Assembly (NCBI GenBank): GCA_023150275.1
Contig: JAKLLG010000002.1
Location: 12,511 to 76,510, forward strand
DNA: 64,000 nt
Direction of reading: 5' to 3'
Source: Rhodocyclaceae bacterium
GTDB lineage: Bacteria > Pseudomonadota > Gammaproteobacteria > Burkholderiales > Rhodocyclaceae
Position 1 is the stretch's first letter. Each line of letters begins with the position of its first letter. Both the position numbers and the translations under genes were made by a program. The notes below the pieces were generated by a model. It saw nothing but the letters and a program-made list of their open reading frames with translations. It searched no databases and was not told the DNA's origin. Shown here piece by piece: positions 1 to 10,457 of the stretch.

Positions 1-187
1 CGCTGCACAGGCCCGTTCGCTGTTCGCCCGCGGCGTCGCTGCCGTCTTCTCCGATCGTCTCGATCTGCTCGCCTGAAACAACTGCTTACGAAGTGTTACC
101 GCCACGCGCTTGGATGGTCCGTGCGGTCTGGCTAATCTGCACTCACGCTAAATGTTCAGCCAGACCCACCACCTCAAGGAGATCAAA

Positions 188-547
188 ATGAAAGCTCGCA
201 AACTCATCGCTGCCCTCGTTCTCGTCGCTCCCGCGCTCGCTTTTGCGCAAACCGGTTCGACGACCCGTATCGACCAGCGCCAGGCCAATCAGGACGCCCG
301 CATCGATCAGGGTGTGCAGTCGGGAGCGCTGACCCAGAAAGAGGCGGCTCGCCTCGATCAGGGCCAGACCCACGTGCAGAACATGGAAACCAAGGCGCTG
401 TCCGATGGCAAGATGACCGGCAAGGAGCGGGCGCGCATCGAGCATGCCCAGGATCAGCAAAGCCAGCGCATCTACCGCCAGAAGCACGACCGCCAGCACG
501 ATTTCAATCATGACGGGCGGAAGGATCGTCCGGCGCGTCGCCACTGA
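188..547 (+). CDS. hypothetical secreted protein with internal RIDQ/RLDQ-like repeats
   Basis: ATG at 188 is preceded by AGGAG 8 nt upstream. The N-terminal signal peptide is MKARKLIAALVLVAPALAFA. The protein is Gln/Arg/Asp-rich and repetitive, with no recognisable catalytic motif. Confidence 0.55.
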   Translation: MKARKLIAALVLVAPALAFAQTGSTTRIDQRQANQDARIDQGVQSGALTQKEAARLDQGQTHVQNMETKALSDGKMTGKERARIEHAQDQQSQRIYRQKHDRQHDFNHDGRKDRPARRH

Positions 548-567
548 TCCGCGTTTCCATCACGCAA

Positions 568-608
568 GGGCCCGCCCCGCTGGCAACAGCGCGGCGGGCC
601 TTGTTTTT
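568..608 (+). terminator. rho-independent terminator
   Basis: GC-rich hairpin gggcccgcc...ggcgggcc followed by ttgttttt, immediately after the stop at 547. Confidence 0.6.
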
Positions 609-670
609 CCGGTAAAATCGCCGCTTTGCATACTGCCGCCCACGACGGGCGATTGAATGGGCTACTGCCA

Positions 671-3304
671 ATGAAAAGCGCCGAAATCCGCCAAGCCTTC
701 CTCAAGTTCTTCGAATCCAAGGGCCACCAGATCGTGGCTTCTTCGTCGCTGGTGCCGCACGAGGACCCGACGCTACTGTTCACCAACGCCGGCATGAACC
801 AGTTCAAGGACGTCTTCCTCGGCTTCGACAAGCGCCCCTACAACCGCGCCACCACCTCGCAGAAGTGCGTGCGCGCCGGCGGCAAGCACAACGATCTGGA
901 AAACGTCGGCTACACCGCTCGCCACCACACTTTCTTCGAGATGCTCGGCAACTTCTCGTTCGGCGACTACTTCAAGCGCGACGCGATCAAGTACGCCTGG
1001 GAACTGCTGGTCGATGTCTACAAGCTGCCGAAGGAACGGCTGATGGTCACGGTCTATGCCGAGGACGACGAGGCCTTCGACATCTGGACCAGGGAAGTCG
1101 GCGTGCCGGTCGACAAGGTCGTGCGCATCGGCGACAACAAGGGTGCGCGCTACGCCTCCGACAACTTCTGGATGATGGGCGATACGGGCCCCTGCGGCCC
1201 CTGCACTGAAATCTTCTACGACCACGGCGAGCACATCCCCGGCGGTCCCCCGGGCTCGCCGGATGAAGACGGCGACCGCTTCATCGAGATCTGGAACAAC
1301 GTCTTCATGCAGTTCAACCGCGACGAGGCCGGCGTCATGCACCCGCTGCCGAAGCCCTCGGTCGATACCGGCATGGGCCTCGAGCGCATCGCCGCCGTGC
1401 TGCAGCACGTGCATGCCAACTACGAGATCGACCTCTTCCAGAACCTGATCAAGGCCGCCGTCCGCGAAACGAATTCGAAGGATGCCGACGGTCCCTCGCT
1501 GCGCGTGCTCGCCGACCACATCCGCGCCTGCTCCTTCCTGATTGCCGATGGCGTTATCCCCGGCAACGAGGGGCGCGGCTTCGTCCTGCGCCGCATCATC
1601 CGCCGCGCCATCCGCCACGGCTGGAAGCTCGGCGTGCGCCAGCCCTTCTTCCACAAGATGGTGCCGGATCTCGTCGCCGAGATGGGCGAGGCCTATCCGG
1701 AGCTGAAGTCCGAGCAGTCGCGCGTCATGGACATGCTCAAGCTGGAAGAGGAGCGCTTCTTCGCCACCATCGACCACGGCATGGCCATCCTCGACGGCGA
1801 ACTGGCCGAGATGGCGAAGACCGGCACGAGTGGTGGAAAAAGCGTGTTCAACGGCGAGACCGCCTTCAAGCTGCACGATACCTACGGCTTCCCGCTCGAC
1901 CTCACCGCCGACATCTGCCGCGAGCATGAGATCAAGGTCGATTCCGCCGCCTTCGATGCCGCCATGGCGCGGCAGAAGGAACAGGCTCGTGCCGCCGGCA
2001 AGTTCAAGATGGCGGCGCAGCTCGAATACGAAGGCCCCAACACCACCTTCCACGGCTACGAGTCGCTCGAAGCCAAGGGCAACGTGCTGGCGCTCTACAA
2101 GGACGGCGTCGCCGTCAATGAACTGAACGAAGGCGAGATGGGCGTCGTCGTCCTCGACGAGACCCCGTTCTACGCCGAATCCGGCGGCCAGGTCGGCGAC
2201 CGCGGCGCACTGCAGTCGGTGCACGGCATCTTCGCGGTGGAAGACACGCTCAAGGTGCAGGCCGCCGTCTTCGGCCACCACGGCGTCGTCCGCACCGGCA
2301 AGATCAGCGTCGGCAACGGCGTCGCCGCCAAGGTCGACATCGCCGCCCGTGCCCGCACCACCCGCCACCACTCGGCCACGCACCTGATGCACAAGGCGCT
2401 GCGCGAAGTGCTCGGCGGCCACGTGCAGCAGAAGGGCTCGCAGGTTGATCCGGAGAAGACCCGCTTCGACTTCGTGCACAACCAGCCGATGACCGAAGCC
2501 GAGATCCGCAAGGTGGAAGCCATCGTCAACGCCGAGATCCTCGCCAATGCCGCCACCGAGGCGCGCGTGATGAAGATCGAGGATGCGCAGAAGTCCGGCG
2601 CGATGATGCTCTTCGGCGAGAAGTATGGCGACGAAGTGCGCGTGATCGGCATCGGCTCGTCGAAGGAACTGTGCGGCGGCACCCACGTCGCGCGCAGCGG
2701 CGACATCGGCCTGCTCAAGATCGTCGGCGAGAGCGGCGTTGCCGCCGGCGTGCGCCGCGTCGAGGCCGTCTGCGGCGATGTCGCACTGGCTTGGCTCGAC
2801 GCGCAGCAGGACACGCTCGCCGCCGTCACCGGCGCGCTCAAGGCGCAGCCGCAGGAAGTCGTCGCCAAGGTCGGCCAGATGGTCGATCAGGTGAAGGCGC
2901 TGGAAAAGGAACTGGCGCGCCTCAAGTCGAAGCTCGCCTCCAGCCAGGGCGACGACCTCGCCGCGCAGGCGGCCGACGTCAAGGGCATCAAGGTGCTGGC
3001 CGCGGTGCTCGAAGGCGCCGATGTCGCCACGCTGCGCGAGACGATGGACAAGCTGAAGGACAAGCTCAAGACCGCTGCCATCGTGCTGGCGGCTGTCGAT
3101 GGCGACAAGGTCAGCCTGATCGCCGGCGTCACCGCCGACACCACCGGCAAGCTCAAGGCTGGCGAACTGGTCAATGCCGTCGCCCAGCAGGTCGGCGGCA
3201 AGGGCGGTGGCCGCCCCGACATGGCGCAGGCCGGCGGTACCAACCCGGCCGCGTTGCCGGCGGCGCTGGCCTCGGTCAAGGCCTGGGTCGAAGGCCGCGT
3301 CTGA
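671..3304 (+). CDS. alaS: alanine--tRNA ligase
   Basis: The ORF begins [31 protein letters not shown] and the class II aaRS motifs are present, plus the C-terminal editing/DHHA1 region, with ~878 aa in total. An upstream in-frame GTG/ATG exists at 626. Confidence 0.95.
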   Translation: MKSAEIRQAFLKFFESKGHQIVASSSLVPHEDPTLLFTNAGMNQFKDVFLGFDKRPYNRATTSQKCVRAGGKHNDLENVGYTARHHTFFEMLGNFSFGDYFKRDAIKYAWELLVDVYKLPKERLMVTVYAEDDEAFDIWTREVGVPVDKVVRIGDNKGARYASDNFWMMGDTGPCGPCTEIFYDHGEHIPGGPPGSPDEDGDRFIEIWNNVFMQFNRDEAGVMHPLPKPSVDTGMGLERIAAVLQHVHANYEIDLFQNLIKAAVRETNSKDADGPSLRVLADHIRACSFLIADGVIPGNEGRGFVLRRIIRRAIRHGWKLGVRQPFFHKMVPDLVAEMGEAYPELKSEQSRVMDMLKLEEERFFATIDHGMAILDGELAEMAKTGTSGGKSVFNGETAFKLHDTYGFPLDLTADICREHEIKVDSAAFDAAMARQKEQARAAGKFKMAAQLEYEGPNTTFHGYESLEAKGNVLALYKDGVAVNELNEGEMGVVVLDETPFYAESGGQVGDRGALQSVHGIFAVEDTLKVQAAVFGHHGVVRTGKISVGNGVAAKVDIAARARTTRHHSATHLMHKALREVLGGHVQQKGSQVDPEKTRFDFVHNQPMTEAEIRKVEAIVNAEILANAATEARVMKIEDAQKSGAMMLFGEKYGDEVRVIGIGSSKELCGGTHVARSGDIGLLKIVGESGVAAGVRRVEAVCGDVALAWLDAQQDTLAAVTGALKAQPQEVVAKVGQMVDQVKALEKELARLKSKLASSQGDDLAAQAADVKGIKVLAAVLEGADVATLRETMDKLKDKLKTAAIVLAAVDGDKVSLIAGVTADTTGKLKAGELVNAVAQQVGGKGGGRPDMAQAGGTNPAALPAALASVKAWVEGRV

Positions 3305-3624
3305 TGCGGATTCTTCCTGCACTGATGCTGCTGGCGGTGACGGGGGCCCCCGCCGCGATCGCCGCAACCGCCGTCCCCGAACTCGACCGCACGCCCGTCG
3401 CCGCGACCACGGCGCAGGGCGATGCCGTGCGCCTCTACCCGAACGGCCGCTGGGAGTTCGTCGATGCCGCCAGGGCGGCGAAGGCGAAGGAAGTCGCTGC
3501 CGCCTACCCCGAGAACAATACCCGCCCGGTCGACGCGCAGGGTGGCGCCTTCGGCGTCGGCCGCACCGTCATGCCCGGCGACAAGGACTACAACCGCGGC
3601 TCACTCTCCGGCAAGGGGCGATGA
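3304..3624 (+). CDS. hypothetical secreted protein
   Basis: The ATG overlaps the alaS stop (ATGA). Signal peptide is [21 protein letters not shown]. 106 aa. Confidence 0.5.
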   Translation: MRILPALMLLAVTGAPAAIAATAVPELDRTPVAATTAQGDAVRLYPNGRWEFVDAARAAKAKEVAAAYPENNTRPVDAQGGAFGVGRTVMPGDKDYNRGSLSGKGR

Positions 3625-4034
3625 GCCGCGGCATCCTGGGCCTGCTGCTTCTCCTCTGCGCTTCTCCGGCGCCCGCCTCCGACGCGCTGTTCCTCTCCGA
3701 TTCGAAACGCGTCGGCAACGCGAAGATGGACATCGTCGTCGCCGAAATCGAGCGCCGCCCGCGCGTCTCGATACTCGATGTCCGCATCCAGGCCATCGGC
3801 TCCTCGGTCGGCTCGTCCTTCTTCCTCCTCTGCAGCATCCGCGACCTCGCCCGCCAGCGCGGCAATTTCCGCTACATCAGCAAGATCGAAGGCAACCGGC
3901 GCATGCTGATCGGCTTCCTGCAGCATGCCGGCGAGCCGGCCGCGAATCTGGGACAGGAGTTCGCAGCGGCCGGCGTTGTCGCCACGGAGATCGATCTGGA
4001 GCAGTTCGCGCCGATTTGCGACCGGATGCAGTAA
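3621..4034 (+). CDS. hypothetical secreted/lipo-protein
   Basis: ATGA overlap with the previous ORF. Signal peptide is MSRGILGLLLLLCASPAPA. 137 aa. Confidence 0.5.
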   Translation: MSRGILGLLLLLCASPAPASDALFLSDSKRVGNAKMDIVVAEIERRPRVSILDVRIQAIGSSVGSSFFLLCSIRDLARQRGNFRYISKIEGNRRMLIGFLQHAGEPAANLGQEFAAAGVVATEIDLEQFAPICDRMQ

Positions 4035-4128
4035 GCACGCTATTGATTTGGCATGGTTCGTTGACGGATACTGCGGGGCAGCAACCGGCCAGAAGCCGAC
4101 ATCTAACCAACAGAAATTTTACTTTGTG

Positions 4129-4530
4129 ATGATTGCTCGCCTTGCTATTACGGGATTGAGTTGGGCACTGTGTTACCCAGCTCTTTTGTTTTATCTGTCC
4201 GTAGTGGGCGGTATCGCTATGGTTGCAGCAGGCGCCGGACCTTTTCCCAGAAGTGCCTCAACATCCTCGAGTCTTGGCTACCTTGAATACTCCATTCCAT
4301 TTGGCGTCATAGCTTGGATTTTGCTAGGGGCGATGAACATGGCGTGGCTTATGGAAAAACGACTTGGAAAGGCCATCCCAGTCATAGCGACGATCTGCGC
4401 GTTTTTTGGAGCAATACCCTTTGGGCCTTTAAGCCTGTTTGCTCTTCCTGGCGCTTTATTGGCTGCGTATTTGTGTTGGTGGCACTCAACGAAAGTGTCG
4501 GTTGCGCCATCAGTCCAGCAGGCCGCTTAG
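4129..4530 (+). CDS. hypothetical small integral membrane protein (about 4 TM segments) in a low-GC patch
   Basis: The ORF lies in a ~50% GC segment (4040-4530) flanked by ~67% GC DNA. It has hydrophobic stretches LAITGLSWALCYPALLFYLSVVGGIAMVAAGA, IPFGVIAWILLGAMNMAWL and VIATICAFFGAIPFGPLSLFALPGALLAAYL. Start could be ATG 4129 or GTG 4126. Confidence 0.5.
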   Translation: MIARLAITGLSWALCYPALLFYLSVVGGIAMVAAGAGPFPRSASTSSSLGYLEYSIPFGVIAWILLGAMNMAWLMEKRLGKAIPVIATICAFFGAIPFGPLSLFALPGALLAAYLCWWHSTKVSVAPSVQQAA

Positions 4531-4626
4531 GGTCGAAACGAGCCTCCCGCGACCTCAAGTTCGGCAGCCCGTCGAACCCGGTGATGCGCCGGGTATCCCG
4601 GAATGTCCAGCCAGCAGCGCCCCGGC

Positions 4627-5745
4627 TCAGTCCGATAGCGCTGCCTCCACCGCCTGAAAGGCACCGCCCTGTGCCTGTGCCACCGCGGCGCAGGTCACTT
4701 TCCCGGCATGCACATTCAGCCCGGCCCGCAGATGTGGGTCGTCGGTGCAGGCCTGTCGCCAGCCCTTGTTTGCCAGCGCCAGCACGAAGGGCAGGGTGGC
4801 GTTGTTGAGTGCGAAGGTCGAGGTGCGCGGCACGGCGCCGGGCATGTTGGCGACGCAGTAGTGCACGATGCCGTCGACGACGTAAGTCGGGTCGGCATGC
4901 GTCGTCGGCCGCGAGGTTTCGAAACAGCCGCCCTGGTCGATGGCGACATCGACGAGTACGGCGCCCGGTCGCAGTGCGGCGAGATGCGCCCGGCGCACCA
5001 GTTTCGGTGCAGCGGCGCCGGGAACGAGGACGGCTCCGATCACGAGGTCGGCCGTGAGCAGTTGTGATTCGATGGCGTCCTGCGAGGCGGCGAGCGTTTT
5101 CAGGCGTGCGCCGAAGCGTTCCTCCAGCGCGCGCAGGCGCGGAATCGAGCGGTCGATGAGGGTGACGTCGGCGCCGAGGCCGATCGCCATCTGCGCCGCG
5201 TTGCTGCCGACCACGCCGCCGCCGAGGATGAGGACCTTGCCGGGCGGTACGCCGGGCACGCCGCCGAGCAGCACGCCGCGACCGCCGTTGGGCTTCTGCA
5301 GTGCGACGGCGCCGACCTGCACCGCCATGCGACCGGCGACTTCGCTCATCGGTGCGAGCAGCGGCAGCCCGCCGGCGGCATCGGTGATGGTTTCGTAGGC
5401 GATCGCGGTGCAGCCGGAGGCGACGAGGCGCCTTGTCTGCTCCGGATCGGGGGCGAGGTGCAGGTAGGTGAACAGGATCTGGCCGGCGCGCAGCTGCACG
5501 ATTTCCGCTGCCTGCGGTTCCTTGACCTTGACGATCATTTCGGCGGCGGCAAATACCGCTGCGGCAGCGGCAGCGATTTCCGCACCAGCCGCGCGGTAGT
5601 CGTCGTCGCTGCAGCCGATGCCGCTTCCCGCCTGCGTCTCGACGAGTACGCGGTGGCCGTGGTACGCCAGTTCGCGAACGCTGCCCGGTGTCAGGCCGAC
5701 GCGGAACTCGTTGTTCTTGATTTCTTTCGGAACGCCGATCAGCAT
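4627..5745 (-). CDS. ald: alanine dehydrogenase
   Basis: Starts [20 protein letters not shown]. Rossmann motif [14 protein letters not shown] is present. 372 aa. The ATG at 5745 was verified on the minus strand; the longer upstream extension in the ORF track is unlikely. Confidence 0.9.
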   Translation of the reverse strand: MLIGVPKEIKNNEFRVGLTPGSVRELAYHGHRVLVETQAGSGIGCSDDDYRAAGAEIAAAAAAVFAAAEMIVKVKEPQAAEIVQLRAGQILFTYLHLAPDPEQTRRLVASGCTAIAYETITDAAGGLPLLAPMSEVAGRMAVQVGAVALQKPNGGRGVLLGGVPGVPPGKVLILGGGVVGSNAAQMAIGLGADVTLIDRSIPRLRALEERFGARLKTLAASQDAIESQLLTADLVIGAVLVPGAAAPKLVRRAHLAALRPGAVLVDVAIDQGGCFETSRPTTHADPTYVVDGIVHYCVANMPGAVPRTSTFALNNATLPFVLALANKGWRQACTDDPHLRAGLNVHAGKVTCAAVAQAQGGAFQAVEAALSD

Positions 5746-5814
5746 GGTGCTCTCCCTGCCAGGGTCTCGATTCGACTCGATGAAAAATATCTTACCCATT
5801 TTTGCAAAGGCCGC

Positions 5815-6312
5815 ATGAGTTACGTGCAGAGCTTTGCGCCCCTTGTTCCGGCCGGTGCGCGCCTGCTGATCCTCGGCAGCATGCCGGGCGCGGCCTCGCT
5901 GGCGGCGGGGCAGTACTACGCCCATCCGCGCAATGCGTTCTGGCCGATCCTCGCGGCCCTCTGCCATTTCCCGGCGGATGCGCCGTATGCCGCGCGTGTC
6001 GCGGCGCTACAGGCGGCGGGCGTGGCGGTGTGGGATGTGCTGCAATCCTGCGTGCGCCCCGGCAGCCTCGATACGGCGATCGAGCGGGGGTCGGAGGTGC
6101 CGAACGACCTTGTCGGCCTGCTCGTGCGCCATCCCGGAATTGGCCGTATCTGCTTCAACGGCGGCACGGCCGAGGCGGCGTTTCGTCGCCATGTGCCGGC
6201 GGCGGCCGTCGCCGGGCGGCAGTTGCTGCGCCTGCCCTCGACCAGCCCGGCCAACGCCTCGTGGTCGTTCGAACGTAAACTGGCGGCCTGGAAAGCGGCC
6301 TTCGAGGAGTGA
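5815..6312 (+). CDS. uracil-DNA glycosylase superfamily protein (hypoxanthine/DNA-deoxyinosine glycosylase-like)
   Basis: Starts [43 protein letters not shown], which is typical of family 6 UDG-like enzymes. 165 aa. Confidence 0.6.
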   Translation: MSYVQSFAPLVPAGARLLILGSMPGAASLAAGQYYAHPRNAFWPILAALCHFPADAPYAARVAALQAAGVAVWDVLQSCVRPGSLDTAIERGSEVPNDLVGLLVRHPGIGRICFNGGTAEAAFRRHVPAAAVAGRQLLRLPSTSPANASWSFERKLAAWKAAFEE

Positions 6313-6314
6313 GG

Positions 6315-7343
6315 ATGGAACAGCAATTCGCCAGCGACAACTACGCCGGCATCTGCCCGGAGGCGCTTGCGGCGCTGACGGCGGCGAACGCCGGCCATGC
6401 CCCGGCCTACGGCGAGGACGAGTGGACGCGGCGCGTCTCGGATCGCCTGCGCGCGCTGTTCGAGACCGACTGTGACGTCTACTTCGCCTTCAACGGCACG
6501 GCCGCCAATTCGCTGGCGCTGGCCTCGCTGTGCCAGAGCTACCACAGCGTGATCTGCCACGAGCTGGCGCACGTCGATACCGACGAATGCGGCGGCCCGG
6601 AGTTCTTCTCCAACGGTTCCAAGCTGCTGCCGGCCAAAGGCGAGGGCGGCAAGCTGACGCCGGCGGCGGTCGAGGAGGTGATCGCGCGGCGCAGCGACAT
6701 CCACTACCCGAAGTCGCGCGTGGTGACGCTGACGCAGGCGACCGAAGTCGGCACGGTCTATCGGCCGGCGGAGGTCGCCGCCATCGCCGAACTGGCGCAT
6801 GCGCGCGGCCTGCGCGTGCACATGGATGGCGCCCGCTTCGCCAACGCTGTCGCGTCGCTCGATGTCTCGCCGGCCAAGCTGACCTGGCGCGCCGGTGTCG
6901 ACGTGCTCTGCTTCGGCGGTACCAAGATGGGCTTGCCCGCCGGCGAGGCGGTGGTCTTCTTCGACCGTGGGCTCGCGGAGGATTTCGCGTATCGCTGCAA
7001 GCAGGCCGGGCAGCTGGCGTCGAAGATGCGGTTCCTGTCGGCACCCTGGCTGGGGATGCTGGAGGGCGACGTCTGGCTGCGCCACGCGCGCCACGCCAAT
7101 GCGATGGCGCGGCGCTTGGCGGACGGGCTGGCGACGCTCCCCGGCGCGAAGCTGCTCTTTCCGGTCGAGGCCAACGGTGTCTTCGCCGCCTTGCCGGCAG
7201 TGGCGATCGACGGCCTGCGGGCGCGCGGCTGGCGCTTCTACACCTTCATCGGCGCCGGCGGGGCGCGCTTCATGTGCGCCTGGGATACGACGCCGGAACG
7301 CGTCGATGCGCTGCTCGCCGATCTGCGGGAACTCATGTCATGA
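6315..7343 (+). CDS. ltaE: low-specificity L-threonine aldolase
   Basis: Starts MEQQFASDNYAGICPEA. Carries a beta-eliminating lyase/threonine aldolase signature including the PLP-lysine region FGGTKMG. Confidence 0.85.
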   Translation: MEQQFASDNYAGICPEALAALTAANAGHAPAYGEDEWTRRVSDRLRALFETDCDVYFAFNGTAANSLALASLCQSYHSVICHELAHVDTDECGGPEFFSNGSKLLPAKGEGGKLTPAAVEEVIARRSDIHYPKSRVVTLTQATEVGTVYRPAEVAAIAELAHARGLRVHMDGARFANAVASLDVSPAKLTWRAGVDVLCFGGTKMGLPAGEAVVFFDRGLAEDFAYRCKQAGQLASKMRFLSAPWLGMLEGDVWLRHARHANAMARRLADGLATLPGAKLLFPVEANGVFAALPAVAIDGLRARGWRFYTFIGAGGARFMCAWDTTPERVDALLADLRELMS

Positions 7344-7822
7344 AATCACCACGCTTCTGCAGCGCCTGCGGCGCACCGCTCGCCCCGACGCCGCTGGCCG
7401 GCCGCCTGCGGCTCGCCTGCAGCGCGCCCTGCGGCCATGTTGAATGGGGCAATCCGCTGCCGGTGGTGGCGGCGCTCGTCGAGCGCGAGGGCATGATCGT
7501 GCTGGCACGCAACCATGCCTGGCAGCCCGGCGTCTTCGGGCTGGTGACGGGCTTCCTCGAAGCGGGCGAGTCGCCGGAGGCGGCCGTGGCGCGCGAGGTG
7601 AAGGAAGAACTGGCGCTCGATGCCTCGGCGCTGGCGCTGATCGGCGTCTATCCCTTCGAGCGCAAGAACGAGGTCATCATCGCCTACCACGTGCAGGCTG
7701 GCGGCGAGATCGTGCTCAACGAGGAACTGGCGGAATTCCGGCTGGTCGCGCCGGAGAAGCTGCGCCCGTGGGATTTCGGAACCGGGCTGGCGGTGCGCGA
7801 CTGGCTGGCGCGGCGTTGCTGA
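7340..7822 (+). CDS. NUDIX hydrolase with N-terminal zinc ribbon (NADH pyrophosphatase-like)
   Basis: ATGA overlap with ltaE. CSACG...C..PCGHVEW zinc ribbon is followed by the Nudix box GFLEAGESPEAAVAREVKEELAL. Confidence 0.8.
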   Translation: MKSPRFCSACGAPLAPTPLAGRLRLACSAPCGHVEWGNPLPVVAALVEREGMIVLARNHAWQPGVFGLVTGFLEAGESPEAAVAREVKEELALDASALALIGVYPFERKNEVIIAYHVQAGGEIVLNEELAEFRLVAPEKLRPWDFGTGLAVRDWLARRC

Positions 7823-7879
7823 CGATCAGCGGCGTCGCGTTTCAAACAGCCGGGTGAGCCGCTCAGGGAGGCTGGCAGT

Positions 7880-9139
7880 TCAGCCAGCCGCCCCGACATC
7901 GGCGTGAATCCACGCCAGCCCTTCGGTGAGCGCGGCAGTGAGTGCGGCCCGCGTCAGTGGCGGCGTGTCGGCGAGGATGCGGTCGCAGGCTTCCCAGTCG
8001 CTGCGGTCGAGCAGTTCGATCAGGTCGAGCAGGCTGCCGAGCTTGCCATCGCGGTGCTGCAGTGCTTGCTGTATCTCGGGCGTGACGGCGATCTGTTCGA
8101 TGATTTCGTCGATCGGCAGGCCGAGGGCGATCGGCATCAGCGACATGATGCCGCAGAGGAATGCCTGATCGCCGAGCGTGCGTTCCGTCGGGGCGATACG
8201 CACCGCAAGGAGTTCCATCAGTCGTCCACGCAGCGCGGCGAGCTGCAGCAGCGGATTGCGCTCGGGCGAGTGGCCGTATTCCGGCGAGGCCATCAAGAGC
8301 AGCTGCAGCCAGCGCAGGAGCTGCCGGCGACCGAGCACGTTAACGGCGTGACGCAGCGATTCCACCTTGCGGCCAAGGCCGAAGCCAACCGAATTGACAA
8401 GGCGCAGCAGATTGACGGCGAGCCCCGGTTCGCGCTTGAAGCTGTCTTCGAGTTCGTCCACCTCGGCATCGCGCGCGATCATGTTGATCAGGCGGATCAC
8501 GCCCAGCTGCGAGGATGAGAGCCGCCGGCCGCTGACGATGCGCGGCTCGGCGAAGTAGTAGCCCTGGAAGAGGTGGAAACCGAGCGCGCGGCAGCGCTCC
8601 ATCTGCTCGCGCGTTTCCACCTTCTCGGCCAGCAGCTTGAGCGGCAGCCGGGCAAGGCCGCCGGCGAGCTGCGGCAACGCCTGCCCGCCGCTGGAAGCGT
8701 CGATCTTGACGATGCTGACCAGCGGCAGGAGCAGGGCGGCGCGCTCGTCGAGGCCCGTGTAGCGGGACAGGGCCATTGTGTAGCCGCGATCGCGCAGCGC
8801 ACGGCAGCGCGCCAGCAGCGCCTCGTCGGGGAAGCTGGTGAAATCGAGTTCGAGCACGACGCCGGCGGGCGGCAGCAACTCGACCGCGTCGTCGAGGATG
8901 AACTGTTCGTCGGTGTTGATGAAGGCCTTGTGCGCGCCGAGCGCGGCACTGAGGCCGAGTTCGGCATAGGCCGAGCAGACGACGTCGGCAGTGGCGGCAA
9001 GGCGGTTTTCCGGAGCTTCGCCCTCAACGTGCGTGGGCGTGCGGAAGAAGAGTTCGTAGCCGACGAGCAGATGCTTCTGATCGAGGATCGGCTGCCGGCT
9101 GATCAGGATTTCTCTCAGTGTGCGGGCGAGGTCGTTCAT
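7880..9139 (-). CDS. EAL + HDOD domain signalling protein (EAL motif degenerate, YELFFR)
   Basis: N-terminal RQPILDQKHLLVGYELFFR is the EAL-domain signature with substitution. The C-terminal HDOD-like region is LRLVNSVGFG...LGRRQLLRW. Confidence 0.8.
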   Translation of the reverse strand: MNDLARTLREILISRQPILDQKHLLVGYELFFRTPTHVEGEAPENRLAATADVVCSAYAELGLSAALGAHKAFINTDEQFILDDAVELLPPAGVVLELDFTSFPDEALLARCRALRDRGYTMALSRYTGLDERAALLLPLVSIVKIDASSGGQALPQLAGGLARLPLKLLAEKVETREQMERCRALGFHLFQGYYFAEPRIVSGRRLSSSQLGVIRLINMIARDAEVDELEDSFKREPGLAVNLLRLVNSVGFGLGRKVESLRHAVNVLGRRQLLRWLQLLLMASPEYGHSPERNPLLQLAALRGRLMELLAVRIAPTERTLGDQAFLCGIMSLMPIALGLPIDEIIEQIAVTPEIQQALQHRDGKLGSLLDLIELLDRSDWEACDRILADTPPLTRAALTAALTEGLAWIHADVGAAG

Positions 9140-9143
9140 GTGT

Positions 9144-10457
9144 TCAGTTGTCGTTGTCGCAGCCGATGCTATTGGCCCACGCGAGCGCTCCCGTCAGCGC
9201 GCTGTTGAACACGGCGGCGTTGAGTCCATCAAGCCCCGCGAGCAGCTCCTCGATGCGTTCCTCGTCGGCGGCCTCGCCTGCCTCGGCAAGCTGCAGCAGT
9301 GCGCCGAGGCGACCTTCCCGTGTTTCACCGAGAGCCTGCGCCATGGTCGGTGCCACCGGAAGCTGGGCGAGAATGTCTTCGATGCGCTGGCCGAGCAGCG
9401 CCGGCATCAACGACATGATGCCGGTCATGAAGGCCTGGTCGGCGAGTTCGGCGGGGCGCCCGCGCAGTTTGTCGGCAAGCAGCTCCATCAAGCGACCGCG
9501 CGTGGCAGCGAGTTGCAGCAGCGGGCTGGTGCTGCCGCCCTGTGGATTGGCGAACATCAGCAGCTGCAGCCAGCGCTGCAGCTGACGGCGGCCGAGAACG
9601 GTGATGGCATGGCGCAGCGAGGTGATGCGTGTGCGCACGCCGGCGGCCACCGAGTTGGTCAAACGCAGCAGGTTCACGGTGAGGCCGGGTTCCTGCTTGA
9701 ACACTTTTTCCAGCTCGACGGTATCGGCGTCCTCCATGAGCAGGGCGGTGAGCCGTAGCAACGCAAGTTGCGAATGGTCGAGTTTCTTGCCGGCAATGAT
9801 CGTCGGGCGCGCGAAGTAGTAGCCTTGGAAAAGATCGAAGCCGAGCGCACGGCAGGTTTCCATCTGTTCGCGCGATTCGACCTTTTCGGCGAGCAGGCGG
9901 GCACCGGCTTCCTTGACGCGCGCGACGATGGCCGGCAGCTGATCCGTGCCGGTGGCCAGAACATCCACCTTGACGACATCGGCCAGCGCGAGCAGTGCAG
10001 TGTGCTGATCGAGATGCGCAACGTCGTCGAGGGCGATCTGGTAGCCCTTGTGCTTGAGCGCCTCGACGCGAGCAATCACTTCGGCGTCCGGCTGGATCGA
10101 TTCGAGCAACTCCAGCGTGACGGCATCGCGCGGGAGCAGTTCGACGAGATCGCTGAACAGGAACTCGCGATCGACGTTGATGAAGGCGCGGTACGGCCCC
10201 AGCGCATCGCCCACCGCCAGCTGCGCAAAGGCATTGGTGACAACCGTCGCCGTGGCCTGCACCTCGTTGGCGATGGCGGCGGCATTGGTCCGGCTGGAGC
10301 GGAAGAGCAGCTCGTAGGCGAGCAGTTCGTTGCTGCCATCGAGAATGGGCTGCCGTCCGAGGAAGATGTCTCCGGCGTGGTCGGTCACGGCCTGTGGTCC
10401 TCCGACGTTGATGCGCGGGTCAGAACGGAAGCGCCAGACCCGGCCGCGCTGCGGCAA
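9144..10457 (-). CDS. EAL + HDOD domain signalling protein, tandem paralog (YELLFR)
   Basis: Same architecture as 7880-9139 and ~50% identical by eye. The ATG at 10457 overlaps algC by 38 nt. An in-frame GTG at 10388 (VTDHAGDIFLGRQPILD) is an alternative start. Confidence 0.75.
   Translation of the reverse strand: MPQRGRVWRFRSDPRINVGGPQAVTDHAGDIFLGRQPILDGSNELLAYELLFRSSRTNAAAIANEVQATATVVTNAFAQLAVGDALGPYRAFINVDREFLFSDLVELLPRDAVTLELLESIQPDAEVIARVEALKHKGYQIALDDVAHLDQHTALLALADVVKVDVLATGTDQLPAIVARVKEAGARLLAEKVESREQMETCRALGFDLFQGYYFARPTIIAGKKLDHSQLALLRLTALLMEDADTVELEKVFKQEPGLTVNLLRLTNSVAAGVRTRITSLRHAITVLGRRQLQRWLQLLMFANPQGGSTSPLLQLAATRGRLMELLADKLRGRPAELADQAFMTGIMSLMPALLGQRIEDILAQLPVAPTMAQALGETREGRLGALLQLAEAGEAADEERIEELLAGLDGLNAAVFNSALTGALAWANSIGCDNDN

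Noticed and set aside
773-3367. 864-aa minus-strand ORF antisense to alaS
   Set aside because: Arg/Gly/Ala-rich low-complexity translation typical of antisense frames in high-GC DNA. alaS on the plus strand is unambiguous.
5916-7094. 392-aa minus-strand ORF across the glycosylase and ltaE genes
   Set aside because: Antisense GC artefact. No motifs. Overlaps two well-supported plus-strand genes.
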